Of a stretch of DNA of 64,000 nucleotides, positions 54,077 to 64,000 are shown one piece after another (within the stretch, counting starts at the first letter, position 1; each line of letters starts with the position of its first letter). The notes beneath the pieces were generated by a model. The model saw only the letters and a list, made by a program, of their open reading frames with translations, was not told the DNA's origin and did not search any database. A program made the position numbers and the translations under genes. Source of the stretch: Octopus sinensis (lineage: Eukaryota); contig NC_042999.1 in the NCBI RefSeq assembly GCF_006345805.1, forward strand, positions 171,988,001 to 172,052,000, in the 5' to 3' direction.

Positions 54077-54775
54077 GAACCAATTACATCAAATACAGAA
54101 TAGACAACATATCAGATAGTGATATGGGTGATGAATTTGTGAACAAAATAGTGAAACCGTATGAAATATTACCAGTCAGTGTACGTCACTAGTCCAGAAA
54201 GAATATAAGAGACGCCATGACAATATAAAAAGGGGTGTTCATTGGACAATTTGCAACAAGTATGGACTTGACAGAGCAAAAGAGTGGTACGAACATAAAC
54301 CCGAGGGTATAATCGTAAATGATAATGCAAAAATCCTGTTGGATTTTATGATTCGGTTCGGCCATGAGATACAGAATAGGAAAACAGACATAATGTCAAT
54401 TGAGAGAGAAAGAAAACTTTGCTGGATCATAGATATAGCATGCCCAGCTGACAAGGTATGCGATAAGGAAGAAAGAAAAGTCGATAGATATGAAACGCTA
54501 GCTTGTGAGGTAAAGCAATTGTGGTCGCTGAAAAAAGGTGGTAGTAGTACCAATAATTGTCGGAGCTCTGGGAACCGTGAGTAAAAATCTTGAGAAGTAC
54601 ATGAAACAAATATAGGCTGCAATAAGGGTAAAGTACTTGCAGAAAACAGCACTGCTTGGAACCACTCTAATACTCCGGAAGTTGCTCGAAATAGAAGAGG
54701 TGTTACCTTAGTTCACTGGTAGTGAACAGCTTACACGGTAGTACATCTTCAGCATTAGAAGATGTGTTAAGGCAA
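54077..54775 (+). mobile_element. 5'-truncated R4/Dong-like LINE, subfamily 1 (REL region + 3' UTR)
   Basis: Aligns with 12396-13087 (YKRRHD, KPEGII.NDNAKILLDF, RKTDIMSIERERKLCWIIDIACP); followed by (TAA)n to 54862. Confidence 0.9.
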
Positions 54776-55129
54776 TAAAAGAATAATGATAATGATAATA
54801 AAAATAATAATAATAATAATAATAATAAATAATAATAATAATAATAATATAATAATAATAATACGAAGAGTGCGATGCAATTGCAACAGATGTTTAGTTG
54901 GTTGAACGATATTTCGACAGCTAACCTGTTGAGTTCAACATGAAAAGTGATACATACAAATGTAAAATTACAGAAATTAAAATCCAAAATTTGACCGAGA
55001 CAGCCAGCGTTTTTCAACGTTGATTGTATGGCATCACCAGAATTCACTACATCAACGTGGGAACGATTCTTGCCTCGTGCAAATTTTGGATTTGAATTTC
55101 TATAATTTTGAAATTTGACAGGTCTTGGA

Positions 55130-56331
55130 AAATAGCAGCAGAGATAACGTTGAAAACACAGTTCTTAAGAATAAAAGTAATCTTATATCACAGGAAAGGA
55201 GAAGAGGTAGATTACTCGCTGAGAGACATATAGATGATCTAAAATAAGAAAATAAACCTAATGGCGACATGACAGATGAACAAAGGGCAATCTACGACAG
55301 AATAAAGGCAAGACAATAGGAGAACGATAGCGACATTATTGCAACCTTAAAAAGGCTGACCAGTGGAAGTTGAACCAAGAAACGAAAAATGTTAATGATA
55401 TTCTGAGATGCATCAAAACAAACAACATCACAGAATGAATCGTTACCACCAGAATAGGTTATTCAGAGTAGATCTGAAGAGACTCTATAAAGAAATAAAT
55501 GGAGAGTGTACAGATGTAAAGTTGATGCCAGATAACAATGAAAGGTTTTGGAGTGACATCTGGAGCAAAGACAAGGAGCACGAAAGGATGCTGAATGGTT
55601 GCAAGAACTGAAACAAGCAGTTGTCTGTCCAAAACAAACATAACTGCTATTTTCAGTTAGGGAAGTGAAGGAAATCAGCAAAAAATTGAGCAACTGGAAG
55701 GTTCCGGCACCACACGGAGTTCAAGGCTACTGGATCAAAAGATTTGGTGAATGTCATTGGTAGACAACTAGAGGCAGATATCCTGTTTCCCAATTATGTG
55801 GAAGTTATTGACTGGGATTCGAATGCTCGCAGAGTCAATGTATGAACATAGGGAAAAATAGAGTTCTGCCATATGAGCAGAAGTGTTGCAAGCGTAAGAG
55901 CAGAGGTACCAAGGATGAACTCCTGATAGGCAAAACTGTACTTCGAGACTGCAAGAGGATAAAAATAACTTAGCCATGTCTTGGATCGATTATCGTAAGG
56001 CGTACGATATAATCCCACACTCTTGGATATCGGAATGAATGAACCTATCTGGGATTGCATCGAATGTTGAACGATTGCTTGGAAAAAGTATGGCGAATTG
56101 GAGGACGGACCTAACAGCATACAGAAGAAGTTTAGTGACAGTAGAAATCAGGAGGGGCATCTTCCAAGTGGATTGCATGTCCCCACTGATCTTTCTACTG
56201 TGTTTGATACCACTAACACTGACATACAGGGAAGCAAATGCCGCTTATGTGCTAAAAGGCTGCCAATAAAATGCCGACCATTTGTTATTCATGGATGGTC
56301 TCAAAATTTATGGTAAGGATGAAACCCAAGT
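55130..56331 (+). mobile_element. R4/Dong-like LINE internal fragment (pre-RT + RT domains), subfamily 1
   Basis: [88 protein letters not shown]; 55904-56331 closely matches 11334-11762. Confidence 0.88.
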
Positions 56332-56449
56332 CATTTATCTAGTGAACGATATTTCGAGATCTTGGGTGTCTTCAACTGGTTCAAAAAATAAATTTGTTAA
56401 TCTACTTCATTTTGGTTTATATAGAAAGAATTGAGTTAACTCCTCCTGA

Positions 56450-57140
56450 AGATATAGAGTCAAAATCAAAAGAGTGCCATTGTTATCTAGTGAACGATAT
56501 TTCGACATCCGAGAAATGATAATGAAGTACCCGCAAGGGAATATAGGAAAAGAATAAACAGGGCTTGGAGAGACAGAAGTCTGGTTAAAATAAGTGAACA
56601 AAATATGTATGACCAACCGAGAGCCACCAGGAAGAATGAATGGTTATCTCCAGTTGAACTAGAAAGCATTAAGGGACGGGTGTTTAGGGAAGTAAAAATA
56701 GCGGTAAACGGAAGGAAGTGGGAGAGAAAGCAGATAGGGAAATTATGGCAGTGGAGTTAAAGGAAGAAAACGCGTATGAGACTAAAATTATTGATCAGGA
56801 AAGCGCTGAAAGAACCGAGGAACAAATATCCATTTTAAATGAAATCATTGATATTTGAAACTCTGGTGAACAGAGCTTTCATACGGGGTTTTGTAAAGTA
56901 GACAGAAGGAAACTCAAGGAATGGGTCAGGAAAATAAATGATATCACTGGTGATATACGACTGAGAACATCACATAATAACAATCTAATAAATGCAATCT
57001 CAATCTTTATTGCTCGGAAGTTAGGTTTGAACGCCAAAAGTAAATGTTAACATAAACTAAAGGAACCGTGATCGAAAAGGAGAACAGCGCAGTCTATTAA
57101 GAACATCAGAAAGCATACTAGTATTCTTGAACGGAAAAAG
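56450..57140 (+). mobile_element. Probable R4/Dong-like N-terminal ORF fragment
   Basis: RKNEWLSPVELESIK, NNLINAIS.FIARKLGL and KEP*SKRR resemble R4/Dong N-terminal motifs. Confidence 0.55.
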
Positions 57141-58889
57141 AGAAATTCATCTACGTTAAAAGTTTTGTTTCTTCCTGTGTGGTTATGAATATCTCTTCCC
57201 CCAGGTTCACCATATTTCTCCCAAGAATTGTCTAATGAAATGGACTTCTTATGTAGCAATAAGAATTTCCGGAACGTTATCTCATATGCAATGCAATAGA
57301 CTTCGTATTCTGGAATATACCACACTACTGAAACACGTTTAGTGATATTTTATATTATAAATTCGTTTTTGTGTAAGTGTATATATTTGATATCTATACT
57401 TAATTGGTTTATGCTTTCAAATAATTAGTACATTTCCTAATGGCAAGTGATACATATAGCATTCTGAACTTCGAATAAGTTCATTGGTATATAATTGAAT
57501 ATGAAATCGATAAATACACTTTTCGCTATTCATATATTTGTGTCTCTAGAGAATACGATTATGATTGACGCCATCTAAAATACCAATAAAATTGATGAAT
57601 ACCCAGTGCCGTTTCTGTACGTATGACAGAATATTTGAGTATCAATATAAAGTATAGCGTTGATTTCTGCACTGACTGTGAAGCATTGTTTTCCATTGTT
57701 CCTCGTGACAAGATCTGATTTAAGAACTCGCTTATCTTTGAGCTATAGATTTTTGTCTTTTAAAGCAAAATACTCCTCTTGTAGTTGCTGCTTAACATAT
57801 AATTTGTGGTGGAAGTCTAACATTTTATCCTGCACTGATACAATTATCAACTATACTTAGAGTAAGTTAATGTATATAGTCAGTTTTAACACTCTTTGTA
57901 AGACGATATATTTATATTATATCTGTGATTGTATAGTAATTTCATTTGTTGCAATTGGAAACTGAAATTTAAAACCTCCACAAAGAAAAGTTACTTCATG
58001 GAAACAGCGCCAAAATTATATTGTATCAAAGAGTATGACGAGTACCCCAAGAGTGAATTCTCACGGCACTTAAACATTATATGTCTCTATAGAAATCTAC
58101 ATAAACAAAAACATTTCATAAATATACGCTAAATTTGGAGAAAATCAACATTGACTGGTAATTTCCTTTATTCCCTACGAAAGGATAGAAAGTAAAGTTT
58201 GGCCTTAGTAACATGTGAACACCATGCATTTTTCAAAGGGATCGATGATTTAACTACCTGGCCGCCCTTAAATCATAGCCATATAAGTTTTGAGTTTTAG
58301 AGATCCTTTGATAATCTGACAGAAGAGTACAGTACATTTCATTATTTAATATATGAAAAAAAATATTGACCCAAGAAAGTGATAGCTACAAAATTTCGAA
58401 TTCAACCGACTTTACACAACTGAACCTAAGGACTAAATATTTCTATACATCTAGAATGAGTCACAGGAGAAGGCACTACTTGAAACCTTTGACGACTTGT
58501 TCTTGCCTGCTTTCAAGTAAAAAATCAGTAATTAAGAATAATAATTACAATAAAGACTATAAAATAGTTGATTTAGGAGTTACGCACACACATTTACTAC
58601 GATGCAACACCTTTCCAAAATCATACAGGAATAGACTCATACTGTAAATAAACAACTAAATTAATAAAACCCACAACTTGCGCCATAGAAGGGCGATACC
58701 CGACAAAAGAACACAATCTGCGTTACACAAACAATACTCAAGTTAAAAACTAATGCAACCGAAGACTCAAACTATACCCCATAACCAAACATTCTGATAC
58801 AATATAAGATACCCACCCCTGCCAAAAAATGCAACATACACCACGCCACCATCACAAAGGTTCAACAAATTATGCAAAAGAAAGTTGCT

Positions 58890-59540
58890 TAAAACTTTCA
58901 GATGTCGAGAAAGAACAGTGGTGATGACGATGGGGACAATTGTTAGCTTACCTCAGTAACAGTCAAAATGAAGCTGTTACAGCTTACCTCAGTTTATGTT
59001 TATAACAATGAAAATGTAGTTGGGACTTTAAGGAGAGGCCTCTCGCGCGGCAGTGGATTAGTAAAGATGCAAACTGACCACAGCATCACCAGACAATAGT
59101 GCAAAGAGGAGGAAGTTGATCATCGAAAAAAAACAAGATAGTGATAGTGATACTTAGAAAGTGAACCTAAAAGAATGGGCTATAGCAAACGGATCTTAAC
59201 AATTTGGGTTGCTGAGCAGAGATTAGTTGATCAACTTAGTGCTATCTATATTCCAGTTTTAGTACTAATATTAGAATGGAATTTGGACACAAGGAGTTCG
59301 GAATAATCTACCTAAAATGAGGCAAGTTACAGTCCCTAGCTAGGATAAAATAACCGAATAGATACTTTATTAAACAAATTGAAACGGAAGGAAACAAATA
59401 CTTTGGTTTACTAGAGTCAAACGAGATAATGGAAAAGAAAATGATGGAGCAACTGAGGATGGAGTATTCCCGAAGACTGAGGTTGGTGTTGCGCTCAAAA
59501 TTTACTGGATGGAATTAACATCCAGGTATGAAGCGGTAAT
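58890..59540 (+). mobile_element. R4/Dong-like fragments (5' region fused to RT thumb)
   Basis: ESEPKRMGYSKRI, EQRLVDQ, then KYFGLLESNEIMEKKMMEQLRMEYSRRLRLVLRSK matching 11930-12040. Confidence 0.6.
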
Positions 59541-59606
59541 TATAAAATGACATAAGAGAGTGAAGAAAATACCAGAAAAATATTGACATTATTTATATAT
59601 ATATAT

Positions 59607-60110
<504 letters not shown>

Positions 60111-60143
60111 ATATATATATATATATATTTATATATATGTATC

Positions 60144-60506
60144 TTCTCTTTTTTCTTTTATCTGTTTCAGTCATTTGACTGCGGCCAATAAATCGAAACC
60201 GGGACTTATTCTTTGTAAACCTAGTACTTATTCTCTCGGTCTCTTCTGCGAAGCAACTAGGTTACGCGGACGTAAAGACACAAACATCGATTGTCAAGTG
60301 AAGTTGGTGGTGTGTCAAACACAGACACATACACATATAAATACGACGGACTTCTTTCGGTTTCCATCTATCAAATCCACTTAACAAGGCTTTGGTCGGC
60401 CTGAGTCTGTAGTAGAAGACACTTGCCCAAGGTTCCACGCAGTGGAACTGAACTTGGAACTACCTGGTTGCCAAGCAAGCTACTTACGACACAGACACTC
60501 CTACAT
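60144..60506 (-). mobile_element. SINE family A, inverted, tail-to-tail with the previous copy
   Basis: Reverse complement aligns with family A, with a ~25 nt deletion near the tail. Confidence 0.9.
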
Positions 60507-60801
60507 ACGTATATAAATTTACATAATATATATATACACACACATATATATATATATATTATATATATATATATATAAATACGTGCATATATATATATAT
60601 ATACATATATATACACGTATATATAAACATATAAATGTATATATATATGAGTGTGTGTGTGGATATGTATATGCATGCATGTGTGTGTTTAATTATATAC
60701 GTATGTATGTATATGTATATATATATATTATATATTTGTATGTATATATGTATATAATTATATATATGCATAAATTAACATGTACATATACTTGTACACG
60801 T

Positions 60802-60877
<76 letters not shown>

Positions 60878-61249
60878 GGAATGGCGTGCATATTATCTTT
60901 AACAAATTATACTTAAACCTAGTTTATTACTCCCAAAGCAAATGCTACGAAAGTTAACACATTTATATGAAAACCTCTGAAGCTTTGTTTGTGTTATTTC
61001 AGTCAGATAAGTTAATTAGAAATGTAGCGGAGGCGTAATATTTCAGACTACGTCTTGAATATTGTGAAGGAAACAGTATGCTCACAAAAAATAACATGTT
61101 AAATATCATTGAATGCTCTGTATAATGTTTATACGTATATGAATGGAAAAACCAAATGCATATACCATACATGAAGCGTCATAAACTATTCGATTTCATT
61201 CAAAAAGGTTATCGAACATATGCATTATATATACACACACAAACACACA

Positions 61250-61287
<38 letters not shown>

Positions 61288-61304
61288 CATACACACACAC
61301 ACAC

Positions 61305-61348
<44 letters not shown>

Positions 61349-61577
61349 GTATGCATTTCATATATATGTGAGTCTGTGTGAGTGTATGTATTACGTACAT
61401 GTAAATGTGTAGACAAATACAAATGTAGAAAAATAGATTAATATTTAAATATACTAAAAATATAAGTTTATATGTACGCGTCTCGCGCTATAAACTTCTG
61501 TTGCTTTATCACGAAAGACATACCACCAAATTATGTATATATATATATATATAAATAAATATATAATTGTCATTTTG

Positions 61578-61652
61578 GAGAGACCGAGCAGAAATCATTT
61601 GCCCAAAGTGTAACGCAGAGGTACTGATCCCGGAACCATGTGGCTGGGAAAC
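61578..61652 (-). mobile_element. SINE family A head fragment
   Basis: ttgcccaaagtgtaacgcag...cccggaaccatgtggctgggaa. Confidence 0.65.
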
Positions 61653-61654
61653 TG

Positions 61655-61692
<38 letters not shown>

Positions 61693-62299
61693 AACACACA
61701 CACACACATATAGAGATATATACATACATACACACACATATATATATATATATACATATACGCATTGTTATAGGCATTACACACATATACTTCTATATCT
61801 ATCTACATTTACAATGTCAGTCAACACTTTATAGGTTTGTATTATATAGAGTTTTACGTTCTTCAAAATTGGGATACCAGCGTATCTTTTGATATATATA
61901 TCATTGAATAGCTGTCTTGTTTCTCTGGAAATTAACCGTAATCGAACATTCATTCATTTTGTGGTGCTCTACTTAAATATTCACCATTTAAGTGGTGGGT
62001 GATACTAAATTTTGAGAGATAAATATACGTTTTTTTTGCAAAGGTGTAAAGGGAAATGAAGTTGATGGTATAAATGTTACCAGATATTCTAGGGACAACA
62101 CTGCAGGCATTATCGTTAGGATGAACAAGGTTTGTTCATGTAATATAAGCATTGCTGCGTTCTCTTGCACAACATAGGCTGTTATGAAAGTAAAGATGCT
62201 TATATTTAATAAATTCTGTTGAAATTTCTACAAAACAAGACAAAGTAATTTTAAAGGCAATATAGATTTTGAATATGAGAGAATACGGCTATTTGTATT

Positions 62300-64000
62300 C
62301 CTCCATAAGGGTGTGTGGGGGGGGGGGCAATTACTTGCAGTGGCGTTGGTACTTGGATCTTATCGTACAACCATTCCATCGGTTCCTCCAATTTCTCTGG
62401 CTGGCTTTTCACGAATCACTTTTATAGTTGGCTCTTGTGTCTGTTTTGTGTGCCTTTTCTACTTCTTACCCAGTACATTTTACTTATTTTACTTATACAT
62501 TTGGTAATTATGCCATCTACCCAACTCTGCTTTCCATTTTTGTATGCCCTCATATATACCTTTTCACCAACTGTAAAGTATCTTGCTATGTCTCTCCTGA
62601 CAATTCTTCCGTTCTTGCCAGGTAGCAATTTATCAAAGACTGATTTCTTTTTCCTTGCAAGCATCAGTTCCGCTTGTGAGCTACCTGCTGGTGTATTCGG
62701 ATTTGGTGTCATACGGTACACTTTTAAAAATTATTGTAGACTTCCATAGTCCGTAACTTCTGTATTCGACTTTCTAACGGATCTCTTGAGGATATCGACA
62801 AAGCGTTCTGCTTGCTTATCCATTAGATCTGGGATGGTATGGTGCCGCAGTTATATGTTCTACGACGAACGTTTCACTAAATCTTTTTTATTCGCTAGAC
62901 ACAAATTGCGTTCCATTGTCAGACACAAGCTGGTTTGCCAAACCTTGCAAACAATCTGTGTAAAAAAATAATCGGAATTGAAGGGGTTTGGTTTTTTACA
63001 CTTACAAATCTGTGGCCATATCGAGAAACTACCAACTACCACTGAGTAGTAAGAACTATTTAAAGGACTAGCAAAATCGATGTGTAGTCTCTGCCACGGA
63101 ACACCTACTTTTGAACAATGTTTACTTTTTATCGTGGGCAATTTTTCATTTCGATTTGGCTTAATGACATGTGTTCCACTCTGATTTACAGCAAGTTTTT
63201 GTTTCGGTCCTTCAACCGCATTAGAACCTTCGACTGAATAGACTATATTTCCACACAGAACACTAATGGGCGTATTCCACAATTTGAATAGTTCCATCCA
63301 CTCGGTGCCAAATATATTAAATGAATCATTTAATACATATATCTTTACCTTTTTCGTTTGATCTCGAAATATTATATTACATACGAATTCACTGGAAAAA
63401 AAAATACAATCTTTTTTCCCGTAAGACAATGTGATACCTTTTCAGATTTAATTAATTTCCGCTTACCAGTATATTTCCATGATTCTTCCGTTAATAGTGA
63501 GGACATCATTTTCAGTGTCCAACTGCATTTAATACTTGTATCCTTGATTTTCACCTTCACGAATTTCCTCATCGGTATATTTCCAATTTCTTCCGATGTT
63601 TAAACGATTTATTCTTTTTTCTTTGTTTTGATGGTTTGTCGTCTTCGTTCTTCAATGCGTTTTTATATATCCTATATTTCCACAACAAAAGGACTCCGCT
63701 TTTTTAAATGAAGAATTTTTCCTCAACTGTATACCTCCTCATACAAAACAAGGGTTTATTTCCTGAATTTTGTCGTGTTTTTAGAAAACATTTTATCTCT
63801 ATTCTGACTATTTCATACTTGCTTTACTTGGAAACAATCCACGTTCAATTTCCTCTGCGACGTGTCTTAATTTGATTAAAATTTCACAATCTTCTGACAC
63901 TTGCTGTATGGTTACACCCTGACTTTGTTCCAGTTTTGCTAGAATTCTAGTTCTACCTTCTGCGTCCTTTTCGGCAGCAAGTCCTAATGTAAAAATCAAG
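62300..64000 (-). mobile_element. Ty3/Gypsy (K02A2.6-like) LTR retrotransposon remnant: gag end, protease, integrase; RT/RNase H absent; continues past the window edge
   Basis: gag-like DAEGRTRILAKLEQ and decayed CCHC; protease MQLDTENDV (after frameshift) and FGTEWMELF; integrase PWQRLHIDFASP, VSDNGTQF, YHPRSNG*AERFVD, YRMTP...ELML. Confidence 0.88.

Noticed and set aside
62310-62327. G-rich run as G-quadruplex or Gypsy PPT
   Set aside because: Single run lying in the frameshifted integrase C-terminal region and on the wrong strand for a PPT.

Overview
AT-rich, repeat-saturated eukaryotic DNA with no long intact ORF. The dense (AT)n/(CA)n/(ATT)n/(GATA)n microsatellites, tRNA-headed SINE families and R4/Dong-type LINE remnants resemble an octopus (coleoid cephalopod) genome; this is an inference, not verified. 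Most of the ORF track is microsatellite read-through. Recognisable content: at least four SINE types, many decayed restriction-endonuclease-type (R4/Dong-like) LINE pieces in (TAA)n arrays, a Penelope GIY-YIG fragment, mariner, CR1/L2 and Gypsy remnants, and one plausible small spliced host gene (34833-35933: signal peptide, CxxC, one TM). The most unusual signals are: (1) a tRNA-headed SINE whose tail carries a minimal dimer-type hammerhead ribozyme fold, plus two more such folds and a retrozyme-like direct-repeat element; (2) three unrelated 330-440 bp foldback palindromes of about 98%, 91% and 70-75% arm identity; (3) modular SINEs with swapped tails; (4) a Gypsy element with in-frame loss of RT/RNase H. 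All identities are hand estimates and all family names come from motif recognition, not searches.
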